A stretch of 64,000 nucleotides of DNA, from NCBI GenBank assembly GCA_049299915.1, contig JBAQYG010000029.1, positions 194 to 64,193 on the forward strand, written 5' to 3'. Each line of letters opens with the position of its first letter. Within the stretch, counting starts at the first letter, position 1. Below are positions 1-10,119 of the stretch, piece by piece. This DNA comes from Minisyncoccia bacterium (lineage in GTDB: Bacteria; Patescibacteriota; Minisyncoccia; UBA6257; JAVHQB01). The notes beneath the pieces were generated by a model. The model was not told where the DNA came from and ran no database searches. It worked only from the letters and a program-made list of their open reading frames with translations. A program made the position numbers and the translations under genes.

Positions 1-1830
1 GCTAGTATTTTGAATGTTCCAGTAATCTTTAATAAGAATTTTAGAGAATTTAATGTAGGGAGTCTCAATGGTAAATCTATTAATGAGGAACAATTTCATG
101 ATTTTAAAAAGAGCCATAAGGAGAGAGATTTCACGAGTAGCGGTGGAGAAGATTATCTAACCCTTCAAAAAAGAATGATTCAGGGATTAAAGGAGGTAAT
201 TAGCCAATATCCTCAAAAAAATGTTTTAATTGTTTCTCATGAAACCAATTTAATAGCTCTTTTGAATTCCCAGAAACAAGACTTAAAAGAGTTTAAAAAT
301 GCTGATTTAAAGAAGTTATCATGGGCTCATTTACCAATTAATACTCAAGGAGAAAGTGATCTCCATCGTCCCTATGTAGATGAAATTAAATTAAAGTGTC
401 CTAAGTGTGGTGAAGGTATGATCAGGGTACTTGATTTAATAGATGTTTGGTTTGATTCTGGGTCTATGCCCTTTGCACAATGGCACTATCCTTTTGAGAA
501 CAAGAATTTAATAGACAAAAAAATAGCCTATCCAGCAGATTATATTTGTGAAGCGGCGGATCAAACCAGGGGTTGGTTTTATACTTTATTAGCCATTTCC
601 ACATTATTAGAGAAGGGACCATCCTATAAAAATGTAATTTCAGTAGGATTGGTTTTAGACGAAAAAGGAGAGAAAATGTCTAAAACAAAGGGCAATATAG
701 TTGATCCGTGGTCTCTCTTTAATTCTTATGGTGCCGATGCTCTGCGCTGGTATTTCTTTAGGGTCAATGCTCCCGAAGAAAGCAAATTATTCTCAGAGAA
801 AGAAATGCTTCAATATTTCCGTAGGTTTATAATGCCCCTTTGGAATGTTTATCTGTTTTATGAAATGTATCGATCTAAAAGCGTGGTGACCTTACCAAAG
901 AAGGCTCCAGAAGCAAGCCATTTACGAATTTTAGATAAATGGATATTAGTAAGAACATCTGAAGTTGCCGATCAAGTTAAATTACTTCTGGATCAATATA
1001 AAATAAACGAAGCTAGCAAAGAATTGGAAAATTTTGTTGATGATTTATCCCGTTGGTATCTACGTCGTTCTCGAAAAGTTTTTCAAAAACCAAATTCTTC
1101 TAATGAATTGAAAATAAGTACTACAGTTCTCTCTTATGTTTTAGGCGAAACCGCTAAAATAATTAGTCCTTTCTGTCCATTCTTAGCTGAAACTTTATGG
1201 CAAAAATTGGGAGGTAAGAGTTTGGCAAAAAGTGTTCATCTTTGTGATTGGCCAAAAAGTAAAAAAATAACTTCTTCAAATAAGAAATTATTAGAGCAAA
1301 TGAACGTTATAAGAAATTTAGCTAGTGTTGGCTTACAAATAAGGCAAACTTCTGGAATAAAAGTACGTCAACCATTGAGTACTCTCGAGATTTCAGTTTC
1401 CACCTTCAAAAACATTAAACAAATAGAGTTTTGGGGAATCTTGAAAGATGAACTGAATATAAAAGAAATAAAAAAGGTTAATCAATTTAGTAAGAAAGAT
1501 AATTGGAAAATAGGCGAGTTAGGTAAGCTCAAAGCTAATTTGGATACCAATATCACCAAAGAGCTTTACGAAGAAGGGCTCATGAACGATCTTATCCGTG
1601 GACTGCAAGACTTAAGACAAAAAACCGGATTAAAACCAGATAAATTTATTAATCTTTGCCTAAACACAGCAAATGAAGATATAGAAAATATCTTGAGAAC
1701 CAATGAGAAGATTATAAAAGAAGCAGTTAAAGCAAAAACCCTATCTTTTGAAAAAGACCCCAAAACTAATGCACCATTAGAAATAGAAATGGGAGAAACA
1801 ATAGTTAATGCCTCTCTAAAAGAGATATAA
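1..1830 (+). CDS. ileS: Isoleucyl-tRNA synthetase, type 2-like. C-terminal about 610 aa only; the frame is open to the window edge.
   Basis: Class I aaRS motifs DVWFDSGSMPFAQ, YPADYICEAADQTRGWFYTLL and KMSKTKGN, plus a CPKCG zinc knuckle. No stop codon between position 1 and the ORF-track start at 10. Confidence 0.85.
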   Translation, partial: ASILNVPVIFNKNFREFNVGSLNGKSINEEQFHDFKKSHKERDFTSSGGEDYLTLQKRMIQGLKEVISQYPQKNVLIVSHETNLIALLNSQKQDLKEFKNADLKKLSWAHLPINTQGESDLHRPYVDEIKLKCPKCGEGMIRVLDLIDVWFDSGSMPFAQWHYPFENKNLIDKKIAYPADYICEAADQTRGWFYTLLAISTLLEKGPSYKNVISVGLVLDEKGEKMSKTKGNIVDPWSLFNSYGADALRWYFFRVNAPEESKLFSEKEMLQYFRRFIMPLWNVYLFYEMYRSKSVVTLPKKAPEASHLRILDKWILVRTSEVADQVKLLLDQYKINEASKELENFVDDLSRWYLRRSRKVFQKPNSSNELKISTTVLSYVLGETAKIISPFCPFLAETLWQKLGGKSLAKSVHLCDWPKSKKITSSNKKLLEQMNVIRNLASVGLQIRQTSGIKVRQPLSTLEISVSTFKNIKQIEFWGILKDELNIKEIKKVNQFSKKDNWKIGELGKLKANLDTNITKELYEEGLMNDLIRGLQDLRQKTGLKPDKFINLCLNTANEDIENILRTNEKIIKEAVKAKTLSFEKDPKTNAPLEIEMGETIVNASLKEI

Positions 1831-1831
1831 G

Positions 1832-1863
1832 AAAAAACCCATGCTTTCAAGCATGGGTTTTTC
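1832..1863. terminator. Bidirectional rho-independent terminator between the convergent ileS and rnj genes.
   Basis: Hairpin cccatgc/gcatggg with loop tttcaa, flanked by an A-run on the 5' side and a T-run on the 3' side. Confidence 0.7.
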
Positions 1864-1865
1864 AA

Positions 1866-3725
1866 TTAGGCTTCAATAACAATGGGTAAGACCATTGGAC
1901 GTCTCTGGGTTTTCTTAAAGAGGAAGATACCTAGCCCCTCTCTGATATTATTTCTGATGTAGGTCACATTAATCCTAGGATCTTTGACATTACCAACGCT
2001 AGTTTTAACAATTTGCGCTATTTTATCCTTAGCTTCTTTTAGTAAGTCTTGAGATTCTTTCATATAAACAAATCCTCGAGAAACAATTTCTGGTTCAGAC
2101 ATGAGTACTCCATATTTTCCTAAAACAGCGATTACCACAAAAATACCATCTTGAGAAATAGTATTTCTATCGCGTAGAACTACTTCTCCGACGTCTCCTA
2201 CACCAAGCCCGTCGATCATAACATAGTTGGCTGGTACAAACTTTTCAGTCAATGTCATTTTCTCTTTTGTGAGTTCTACGACTTGTCCATTAGAAGGTAT
2301 GGCTATATTCTCTTCGGGAATGCCCACTTCTATTGCCAAATTAGCATTAGAACGTCGCATAGAATAATGACCGTGAATAGGTAAGAGATATTTAGGATGA
2401 GTTAAACTCATCATAAGTTTAAGATCTTCTTGTTGGGCGTGTCCACTAGCATGAATATCTAACATCTTATAATGGAAAACTTTGGCTCCTTGTTTTAAGA
2501 GGGTATCTTTAAGATTTTGGACGGCTAATTCATTACCAGGGACAATAGAAGAAGAAAATATTACAGTATCTCCTTTTTCTATATGAAGTAATTTATGCTC
2601 ACGATTAGCTATCTTCATAAGAGTAGCATTATCCTCTCCTTGGGCACCAGTACATAAAATAGCCACTTCTTGAGGAGGGAGATGCAGAGCTTCAGACAGG
2701 GGAATAATAGTTCCTTTTTTAGATTTGAGGTAACCAAGCTTTTCGGAGACATCCACGTTAAACTTCATAGAGTAGCCCTCAATAGCTACTTTTCTGCCCA
2801 GTTTTTCACAAATAATGAGAGCTTCTTGCAGACGACTAATAAGGGAAGAAAAGGTAGCTAAAATGATTCTACCTTTTGCATTAGCGAATAAAACTTCAAG
2901 GTTATCCATAATCACACTTTCAGACATGGAATAACCTGGAACTTCGGCATTAGTAGAGTCAATCAGAAGCATATCTACTCCACCATCAGCCAAACGAACT
3001 ATATGATTAAGATCAGCTGGTTTATCACCGATTGGTTGTAAATCAAATTTAAAGTCACCAGTTAAAATTAATGTACCAACAGGAGTTTTTACAAAAAGAC
3101 CAAAGGCATCGGGGATATTATGATTAACATGGAAAGGCTGAACACTAAATGGTCCTAAATTGATACTCTCGTTTCCATCGGGATTAACAAGTCGAATATC
3201 CAGTTTTTTTAATTTAGGAAAATCTTCTTGTCTTCTTAAAATAATGGCTCGGGTTAAAGGAGCTGTGTAAATGGGGGGATAATCTAATTTGTCTATAAGA
3301 TAAGGGATAGCCCCCAAATGGTCGTAATGACCATGAGTAATAAAAGCCCCTAGAATCTTTTTTTCAGGATTATTAACTAGATATTCTATATTGGGCACAA
3401 TGAAATCAATGCCAGGCATTGTTTCATCCGGAAAACGAAAACCAATATCAACAACAATGATTTGATTCTGATATTCAAGAAGAAGCATGTTACGACCCAC
3501 CTCTTCAAAACCACCCAAAGCAATAATTTTTAAAACTTCATTATTTTTTGGAACGATAGGATTTGATGGTTGGGGAGCGGGGATAGTTGTAGAACTTATA
3601 ATTCTCACCCCCGGATTACCGCCCTTTAAATCAGTTCCTCGGTTGGGATTTTTGGGTGGATAGTGTTTATAATTTTGTCTGTGGGAATGAAAATTCCCAT
3701 GAGGCTGAGGTTTAGATGTTTCCAT
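1866..3725 (-). CDS. rnj: Ribonuclease J (metallo-beta-lactamase / beta-CASP RNase) with a low-complexity N-terminal extension.
   Basis: HGHYDHLGAIPYL beta-lactamase motif, beta-CASP region, and a C-terminal RNase J-like domain. The N-terminal 60 aa are Pro/Asn/Gly-rich. Confidence 0.85.
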   Translation of the reverse strand: METSKPQPHGNFHSHRQNYKHYPPKNPNRGTDLKGGNPGVRIISSTTIPAPQPSNPIVPKNNEVLKIIALGGFEEVGRNMLLLEYQNQIIVVDIGFRFPDETMPGIDFIVPNIEYLVNNPEKKILGAFITHGHYDHLGAIPYLIDKLDYPPIYTAPLTRAIILRRQEDFPKLKKLDIRLVNPDGNESINLGPFSVQPFHVNHNIPDAFGLFVKTPVGTLILTGDFKFDLQPIGDKPADLNHIVRLADGGVDMLLIDSTNAEVPGYSMSESVIMDNLEVLFANAKGRIILATFSSLISRLQEALIICEKLGRKVAIEGYSMKFNVDVSEKLGYLKSKKGTIIPLSEALHLPPQEVAILCTGAQGEDNATLMKIANREHKLLHIEKGDTVIFSSSIVPGNELAVQNLKDTLLKQGAKVFHYKMLDIHASGHAQQEDLKLMMSLTHPKYLLPIHGHYSMRRSNANLAIEVGIPEENIAIPSNGQVVELTKEKMTLTEKFVPANYVMIDGLGVGDVGEVVLRDRNTISQDGIFVVIAVLGKYGVLMSEPEIVSRGFVYMKESQDLLKEAKDKIAQIVKTSVGNVKDPRINVTYIRNNIREGLGIFLFKKTQRRPMVLPIVIEA

Positions 3726-3807
3726 AAAATTATTTTCCCATTATATTAAAAGGGATTTTTATTATTTAAATTGAATAAAGATTAAAAACGATAGTGGATA
3801 CTTAAAT

Positions 3808-3894
3808 ATGGTGCCGTCGGCCGGAGTCGAACCGGCAAGGCCAATGGCCACAGCGTTCTGAACGCTGCGCGTATACCAATTCCGCCACGACGGC
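3808..3894 (-). tRNA. tRNA-Leu(CAG), type II with a long variable arm; CCA is encoded.
   Basis: Reverse complement reads GCCGTCG...CGACGGCACCA with anticodon loop TTCAGAA. The acceptor stem pairs 7/7. Confidence 0.85.
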
Positions 3895-3901
3895 ATTTAG
3901 A

Positions 3902-5590
3902 CTAACGGCTTAAGCGAGTGTGAATATACCAATCAGCTACGTTGTTGTAACGATCAGAAAGATAGCTGCCTTCACGCAAGGTGTTTCCTATTACACTGGG
4001 ACTTAGGGCATATAATTGCAGAGGATTACCCAGGGTAAAACAAGGGCTAGCCTCTAGTAAGATATTTTGTAGTTCAATTAAATCAGCTTCTCTCTTAGAA
4101 GGATCACTAATTTGTTGAATTTCTTCTAATAAAGCATCGGCATTTTTGTCGCTAAAGTTGCTGAGATTGAGGCTACCATTAGTATGCCAAAAATTGTAAG
4201 GGTCTGGTTCTCGACCGTAAAATTCTCCAAAGAGTAAGACTTCATAATTCTTGTTAGGGATAGTATCTGATTCAAGCTCTACGAGAGAGACAATTTTAAT
4301 TGTGGTTGGAATCCCTATGGAATCCCAATTGGCTTTAATAATTTCAGCGGCAGCCGTTAATTCTGGTAAATCAGCTACGGTTAAAGTTATACCGAGTGGT
4401 TGATAGGTATCAGCTACCTTTTTTTGTTTGATGATCTTTTCCCAATTAGAAGACTCATTTAAATGGTAAGTTTCTCCTAAAATTTCTCGACTATGAGTTG
4501 GATTATACACTAATGAAGTTGTTGGAACTGAGTTATAACCAAGAAATCCTTGGCTAATTAAATTATTAGCTTCCAAAAGATTGTTTCCGAAAGCTTTTTC
4601 TTTAATCGTTTTCCTATCAATGGCTTCATTAAGTGCTAAACGATTATCGACATCACCGAGAAGAGAATTATTACTTTTTAAATTATAAAAGACAGCGTAA
4701 TAGCGGGGAAGTTCAATCGTTTCGAAATAATTTGAACGATTTTTAATAGTTTCTTTAAAAGAGATAGGAATATTACTTAAAGAAGTAACTTCCTTTTTTT
4801 GAAAAGCGGCTTTTAATTCATCATAATTTTTATAGAAGCGATAGGTAATGGTACTAATATTGGGCATCTTCTCAAAATAATAGTCATTAGCCTTTAAATC
4901 ATAGCTAATAATATTACCCAATGTATCTTTGGTTAAACTAGAAAAAATGTAGGGTCCAGTTCCCACGGGTTGTAAACTATATTTGGTAAAGGCTAAGTTT
5001 TTGACGTTAATCTGACTCCAAATATGAGAAGGAACAATTTTTACTGTTAAATTATCTTTAAAACCTACATAAGGTTTATTAAGGTGAAATTGAACTACGC
5101 TTTGATTAACCTTTTCGGTTACTACTCCCAACCAATTACTTCGCCAAGGGCTATGGAAATCAGGGTCTTGAATAGCTTCTATGGTGAAGATTACGTCATC
5201 GGCAGTAAAATCTGTACCATCTTGCCAGAGAACATTTTTGTTGAGAATAATAGTATAGGTCTTACCGTCTTCACTGACATCATATTTTTCAGCCAAAGAT
5301 GGCTTTAAATTATTTTGATCATCAATAGTGAAGAGGCTGCTATAAATCAGAGCTTCTAATTCGGTGTCAGCTTCATTGGCTTGGGTTACTATAGGATTCA
5401 AAAGATAAGGTTGGCCTACTATACCTACAGTCATTTTACCCCCAGTAGCTGGAACGACTTTTAGATATTTATGGGCTACGTTATTAACCAAAATGATTCC
5501 GGCCGTGAGAATGACAAGAATTAAAGATACCAAAACAACTTTTTCTTTTAAAGAAAAAAGGTGCCAATATTTTTTTGAAAAGGCTACCAT
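3902..5590 (-). CDS. ABC transporter substrate-binding protein, family 5 (peptide/nickel-binding OppA/DppA-like), with an N-terminal membrane anchor.
   Basis: N-terminal TM segment, then the SBP_bac_5-like core (motif SLAEKYDVSEDGKTYTIILNKNVLWQDGTDFTADDV). Confidence 0.7.
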   Translation of the reverse strand: MVAFSKKYWHLFSLKEKVVLVSLILVILTAGIILVNNVAHKYLKVVPATGGKMTVGIVGQPYLLNPIVTQANEADTELEALIYSSLFTIDDQNNLKPSLAEKYDVSEDGKTYTIILNKNVLWQDGTDFTADDVIFTIEAIQDPDFHSPWRSNWLGVVTEKVNQSVVQFHLNKPYVGFKDNLTVKIVPSHIWSQINVKNLAFTKYSLQPVGTGPYIFSSLTKDTLGNIISYDLKANDYYFEKMPNISTITYRFYKNYDELKAAFQKKEVTSLSNIPISFKETIKNRSNYFETIELPRYYAVFYNLKSNNSLLGDVDNRLALNEAIDRKTIKEKAFGNNLLEANNLISQGFLGYNSVPTTSLVYNPTHSREILGETYHLNESSNWEKIIKQKKVADTYQPLGITLTVADLPELTAAAEIIKANWDSIGIPTTIKIVSLVELESDTIPNKNYEVLLFGEFYGREPDPYNFWHTNGSLNLSNFSDKNADALLEEIQQISDPSKREADLIELQNILLEASPCFTLGNPLQLYALSPSVIGNTLREGSYLSDRYNNVADWYIHTRLSR

Positions 5591-5620
5591 AACATTTTAA
5601 TTAGATCGCAAGACTTAGGG

Positions 5621-5845
5621 TTATTTTATTTTCAACAAAGCCAAACACAGTCCTACGAAAATAATACCAATAATAACGGTTACAGTAAAAATCCATTTTT
5701 CTGCTCCACGTCGAGTGGTTAAAAAGCTACTTTGACCACCAAATGTTTCACTAAGGCCAGATTCTCCTTGTTGAAGGATAACCAAGATGGCGAGGATAAC
5801 TCCTAAAACGATTAAAGCGATTTTAATGAGAGAGACGATAGGCAT
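5621..5845 (-). CDS. secG: Preprotein translocase subunit SecG.
   Basis: A 74-aa protein with two TM helices flanking a Gly/Ser-rich loop (QQGESGLSETFGGQSSF), the typical SecG architecture. Confidence 0.65.
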   Translation of the reverse strand: MPIVSLIKIALIVLGVILAILVILQQGESGLSETFGGQSSFLTTRRGAEKWIFTVTVIIGIIFVGLCLALLKIK

Positions 5846-5848
5846 AAC

Positions 5849-6202
5849 TTATGTTTGTTTATTAACGGTAGCCAAAATATTGGCTATTCCTAATATTAAA
5901 GACGAAATTAACAAATTACTAAATCCAGTCACATTAAACTCTGGCACTAAAGCCATAGCTATCTTAAGAAGAATTAGGTTTAAAACGATGGCAAATAAGC
6001 CAAAAGTAATCCAAATTAGGGGCTTAGAAACAAATGACAGGATGGGTCTGAGGAAGATATTGATAGTCCCGATAACAGCGCTAAGCTTCAGTAATGTAAC
6101 TAAATCCCCATCAAATGTCAAGACATGAAAATGTTCTAAGGCTAAAACAGCGATAGCATTAAGAATGATTTGTAAGATGATTTTTTGCAATAGAACCCTC
6201 AT
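5849..6202 (-). CDS. Small polytopic membrane protein of the DUF360 / phage-holin-4_2-like family.
   Basis: 117 aa with four predicted hydrophobic helices. The family assignment is from overall pattern only. Confidence 0.4.
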   Translation of the reverse strand: MRVLLQKIILQIILNAIAVLALEHFHVLTFDGDLVTLLKLSAVIGTINIFLRPILSFVSKPLIWITFGLFAIVLNLILLKIAMALVPEFNVTGFSNLLISSLILGIANILATVNKQT

Positions 6203-6209
6203 TGAAAAC

Positions 6210-7829
6210 CTAATTATTTCTTTTTAATATAGGAATAAGGCTCTGACCATTCATTTCTGGTGGCTTAGAAATGCTCATTAATTCTAAAATGGTGGGAGCT
6301 ATATCTGCCAATGTACCAATAGAAAGTTTTTCTCTTTTTTGGCTTTCGGATGTAAATCGAGGGGTAGCCAATTTATACTCAGGATCTATTAACCAGAAGG
6401 GAACCGGATTTAAATTGTGTTGAGTATCAATTTCTCCAGTAGTAGGATTTATCATTTGCTCTAAATTACCATGATCAGAAGTAACTATAACAGTGTAGTT
6501 TACTGCCAGAGCCTTATTAATAATTTGATTGACTTTATCATCCATAATTTTAACAACATCTAAACCAGCTTGGAAATTGCCAGTATGAGCGATCAAATCA
6601 GAATTAGCATAATTCACCAAAATAAAGTCATAAATATTATCATCCATAGCTTGCAGGAGTCGTTCGTTAACTTCCCCAATGGCCAAAGAGGGAGATTCTT
6701 CCAAATGCCCAGTTTTAATAGAAGGTACTATTACCCAATGCTCACTAGGATATGGTTTTTCTTTAAGTCCATTGAAGAAATAAGTAACTGCAGCATATTT
6801 TTCAGATTCAGCAAGATGTAGTTGACGTTTACCACTATCAGAGAGCACGCGAGCTAAGGGATTATTAACTACATCAGGGTCATATAGATAGGGAGTAGTG
6901 AAATCTGGATGGTATTTAACCATTGAGAGTAAATGCAATCCTTCTAATTTTTTGGTTTCAAAATAATTAAAATGAGGCAAAGCAAAGGAGCTAAACAACT
7001 GTCGAGCCCTATCTTCCCTGAAATTTGTAAAAATTAAAGTATCATTACTTTGAATGGGGTGTGAGGGATTTTCTCCACCAAGAGAAACTGGATCGATGAA
7101 TTCATCGTTAATCCCTTGGTTATAATTATCTTTTAAGTATTCTTCCCAATTATTGGTTACCTTGGACCTGAGACCAGTGAGATTGTCGTAGCAAATTTTA
7201 GTCCGACCCCAATTCTGGTCTCTATCCATAGCAAAAAACCTTCCAGAGATTGTATTCACAATGCCTCCGTAAGGAGTTATTTTATCCTGTAATTCTTTCA
7301 AAAAAACAATTCCTCTTTTTGGACCAGAATCGCGACCATCTAGAAAAATATCTAAATAAGAATTTTTGATACCATTTTCAAAGGCCGCTCTAGTAGTAGC
7401 AATTAAATGATCTAAATCTCCATGAATAGGAGTATTGGTTAGGAGCCCAAGGATATGAAGAGAGCCATTATTTTTAGAGACATTTTTAAGGGTTTCCACT
7501 AGATTAGATTGTTTAAAAAATCCACCACTTCGAATGTCTGCGTTTATTTTAGTAGCATATTGTTTAACAGTTTTACCTGCACCGATAGTCATATGGCCCA
7601 CTTCACTACCACCAAGATCTTGCCATTCTAAGCCAACGGCATTACCACTTGCCTGAAGAGACCCAATAGGGTAATTGTTAAACCATTTTTCGAGTTGAGG
7701 TGTGCCAGATTGCCAAATAGGATTAGTAAAATTATTTTGTCCTATACCCCAACCGTCCAAAATTATTAAAAGTATTTTTTTAGGAGAACTCATATGATAC
7801 ATTTTAGCAGAAAATCCCTTTCCTTTCAA
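6210..7829 (-). CDS. gpmI: 2,3-bisphosphoglycerate-independent phosphoglycerate mutase.
   Basis: The ILDGWGIG N-terminal motif, the metal-binding SDHGN motif, and a length of about 540 aa. Confidence 0.9.
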   Translation of the reverse strand: MKGKGFSAKMYHMSSPKKILLIILDGWGIGQNNFTNPIWQSGTPQLEKWFNNYPIGSLQASGNAVGLEWQDLGGSEVGHMTIGAGKTVKQYATKINADIRSGGFFKQSNLVETLKNVSKNNGSLHILGLLTNTPIHGDLDHLIATTRAAFENGIKNSYLDIFLDGRDSGPKRGIVFLKELQDKITPYGGIVNTISGRFFAMDRDQNWGRTKICYDNLTGLRSKVTNNWEEYLKDNYNQGINDEFIDPVSLGGENPSHPIQSNDTLIFTNFREDRARQLFSSFALPHFNYFETKKLEGLHLLSMVKYHPDFTTPYLYDPDVVNNPLARVLSDSGKRQLHLAESEKYAAVTYFFNGLKEKPYPSEHWVIVPSIKTGHLEESPSLAIGEVNERLLQAMDDNIYDFILVNYANSDLIAHTGNFQAGLDVVKIMDDKVNQIINKALAVNYTVIVTSDHGNLEQMINPTTGEIDTQHNLNPVPFWLIDPEYKLATPRFTSESQKREKLSIGTLADIAPTILELMSISKPPEMNGQSLIPILKRNN

Positions 7830-7862
7830 AAAATATTTCTAGTTTTTGTTATTTTAATCTTT

Positions 7863-7890
7863 TTGACAAGAATTGAATTTATAGTATACT
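7863..7890 (+). promoter_or_regulatory. Candidate sigma70-type promoter (TTGACA, 16 nt spacer, TATACT) facing rny.
   Basis: Near-consensus hexamers read directly from the sequence. It lies about 210 nt upstream of the rny start. Confidence 0.35.
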
Positions 7891-8102
7891 ATAAGACAGG
7901 CTAAAATATTAGCCAGTTATAAACTTAATAGCAGAATGGCCAAGAGAAGATTGCTTTTTCCCGATATGAATTTGTTACCCACCATTTTTATCTTATTCGC
8001 TAACTCAATTTTCAGAGAAGAGGGAACTTATCCCGTCTGTTTTAGCGTCAGTATCTAGATAAAAATACTTTTAGCAATCAAAGTTGGCCATATTATACAT
8101 AT

Positions 8103-9629
8103 ATGGATATTTTATATTTTGTCTTAGGTGGAGTGGGGATAGTTTTGGGTGTCTTTATTGGTTACAAAGTTCGTCAAACCTTAGGTCAAAAACAAGCCAA
8201 TTCTATAGAAGCCAAGTTAAAGCTTAAAATAGAAGAAGTAAAAGGCGAAGCCAATAAAATTTTGTTGGAAGCAAAAACGAAATCACAACAATTAGTTGAA
8301 CAGTCTCTAGAAGAAAATTCGCAGCATAAAAAACAACTAATCGAACTGGAAAACAGGCTTATAAAAAGAGAAGAGCTTTTGGATAAGAGGACTGACGAAG
8401 TAGAAGCCAATGCTACTAAACTGGAAGCTAACTTAACTAAAGTGCAAGAAGTTCGAGCTGCTGTCGATGAACTACAAAAGCAAGAAGAAACCAAATTGGC
8501 TGAAGTAGCCGGCTTAAGCCAAGAGCAAGCTAAAGAAGCCCTTTTTGAGGAAATAAAGAAAAATCACGAAAGTGATTTGGCAGATAGCTTCAAAAAATTA
8601 GAAAAAGATCGCGAAGAGGAACTTAATATTAAGGCATCGGGTATTATAGCCACTGTTTTACAAAGATATGCCAGATCGGGAGTAAGTGAGGTCACCACTT
8701 CTTCAGTAAATATTCCTTCAGAAGATATTAAAGGTAAAATTATTGGTCGTGAGGGAAGAAATATTAGACACTTTGAACTATTAAGTGGAGTGGATGTTAT
8801 AGTAGACGAAACTCCTGATAGCATTACTATTTCTTCTTTTGATCCAGTAAGACGTGCTTTGGCTAAATTGGCTTTAGAAAAATTAATTGCCGATGGTAGA
8901 ATTCAACCAGCCAAAATAGAAGAAAAAATTCTAGAAGCTAAAAATGAAATTAACGAACAAATTAAAAAAGCAGGTGAGGAAGCTTGTTATGAGGTTGGTA
9001 TAGTGGGATTACCAAAAGAGATCATTCATTTACTTGGTCGTCTTAATTATAGAACAAGTTATGGCCAAAACGTCTTAACCCATTCTATAGAAGTAGCCAT
9101 CCTTTCAGGGATGATGGCATCAGAGTTGGGAGGTAATGTTGAATTGGCAAAAACGGCCGGGCTTCTTCACGATATTGGTAAATCAGTTGATCATGAATTA
9201 GAAGGTGCTCACCTAGAATTGGGCATTAAGATTATGCAAAAATATGGAGTAAGCCAAGATATCATCAACGCGATGAAATCTCATCATGAGGATTACCCTA
9301 TAGAAATATTAGAAGCCAACTTTGTAAACGCAGCTGACGCTCTATCTGCAGCTAGACCAGGAGCACGCAGAGAGAATATCGAAAACTACTTAAAACGTCT
9401 GGCTAATTTGGAAAAAATAGCTACAGATTTTAAGGGAGTAGAAAAAGCTTATGCCATTCAGGCAGGTAGAGAATTAAGAGTTTTTGTTACTCCTACTCAA
9501 ATAGATGATTATTCTGCCTTAAAGATGGCTAGAGACATTGCCAATAAGATAGAAACAGAAATCCATTATCCTGGAGAAGTGAAAGTGACTGTCATCAGGG
9601 AAACACGAGCTGTTGAATTTGCTAAATAA
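8103..9629 (+). CDS. rny: Ribonuclease Y.
   Basis: N-terminal TM helix, a long coiled-coil, a KH domain (IIGREGRNIRHFELLSGVDV) and an HD domain (LLHDIGK). Confidence 0.9.
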   Translation: MDILYFVLGGVGIVLGVFIGYKVRQTLGQKQANSIEAKLKLKIEEVKGEANKILLEAKTKSQQLVEQSLEENSQHKKQLIELENRLIKREELLDKRTDEVEANATKLEANLTKVQEVRAAVDELQKQEETKLAEVAGLSQEQAKEALFEEIKKNHESDLADSFKKLEKDREEELNIKASGIIATVLQRYARSGVSEVTTSSVNIPSEDIKGKIIGREGRNIRHFELLSGVDVIVDETPDSITISSFDPVRRALAKLALEKLIADGRIQPAKIEEKILEAKNEINEQIKKAGEEACYEVGIVGLPKEIIHLLGRLNYRTSYGQNVLTHSIEVAILSGMMASELGGNVELAKTAGLLHDIGKSVDHELEGAHLELGIKIMQKYGVSQDIINAMKSHHEDYPIEILEANFVNAADALSAARPGARRENIENYLKRLANLEKIATDFKGVEKAYAIQAGRELRVFVTPTQIDDYSALKMARDIANKIETEIHYPGEVKVTVIRETRAVEFAK

Positions 9630-9667
9630 ACTTGGGGCAATTCTTAAATCACGATTTGAAGCTCTTC

Positions 9668-9696
9668 TTGACATTATATTTTGCATTCCCTATACT
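9668..9696 (+). promoter_or_regulatory. Candidate sigma70 promoter (TTGACA, 17 nt spacer, TATACT) upstream of hup.
   Basis: Consensus -35 and near-consensus -10 hexamers with a 17-nt spacer, about 100 nt upstream of the hup ATG. Confidence 0.5.
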
Positions 9697-9795
9697 GAAA
9701 ATGTGTTAAATAAAGCCTTGGCGGCTTTCAATGGTCGATTCGCTAGCCTGAGGCTGAACGATAAATATTAATTAAAATTTTTATTAACTATATTT

Positions 9796-10068
9796 ATGAA
9801 CAAAGAAGATTTAATAGAAGCCATTGTTAATAAAATCAATTGCACCAAGAAAGATGCTCAGGATGCCTTAGAAACTATCATTGATTCCATTACCAAGGCT
9901 CTTTCAAAGGGTGATGATGTTGCTTTAACTGGTTTTGGTTCTTTCACTGTTAAACATAGAGCCGCCAGAAACGGTGTTAATCCTAAGACAGGAGAAAAAA
10001 TAAAGATTGCTGCTGCCAAGGTTCCGAAGTTCAAAGCTGGCAAAGGCCTTAAGGATGCCGTTAAATAA
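9796..10068 (+). CDS. hup: DNA-binding protein HU.
   Basis: A 90-aa protein with HU/IHF-family motifs (GFGSFTVKHRAARNGVNPKTGEKI). Confidence 0.85.
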   Translation: MNKEDLIEAIVNKINCTKKDAQDALETIIDSITKALSKGDDVALTGFGSFTVKHRAARNGVNPKTGEKIKIAAAKVPKFKAGKGLKDAVK

Positions 10069-10086
10069 ATAAATCAAATTAAAAAA

Positions 10087-10109
10087 CTCCCCAAGTTGGG
10101 GAGTTTTTT
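10087..10109. terminator. Bidirectional rho-independent terminator between the convergent hup and rpsA genes.
   Basis: Hairpin ctcccca/tggggag flanked by A-runs and T-runs. Confidence 0.7.
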
Positions 10110-10119
10110 GTATCTTCAC

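Noticed and set aside
1566-1865. A 99-aa ORF on the minus strand inside the 3' end of ileS.
   Set aside because: It is antisense to a well-supported aaRS coding frame, has no RBS and no motif, and is a typical shadow ORF in AT-rich sequence.
5787-6128. A 113-aa plus-strand ORF overlapping secG and the holin-like gene.
   Set aside because: It is antisense to two membrane-protein genes, and its composition is a mirror image of the hydrophobic codons.
8186-8824. Two minus-strand ORFs (102 and 86 aa), Ser/Leu-rich, inside rny.
   Set aside because: They are antisense to the RNase Y coiled-coil region, low complexity, and lack start context.
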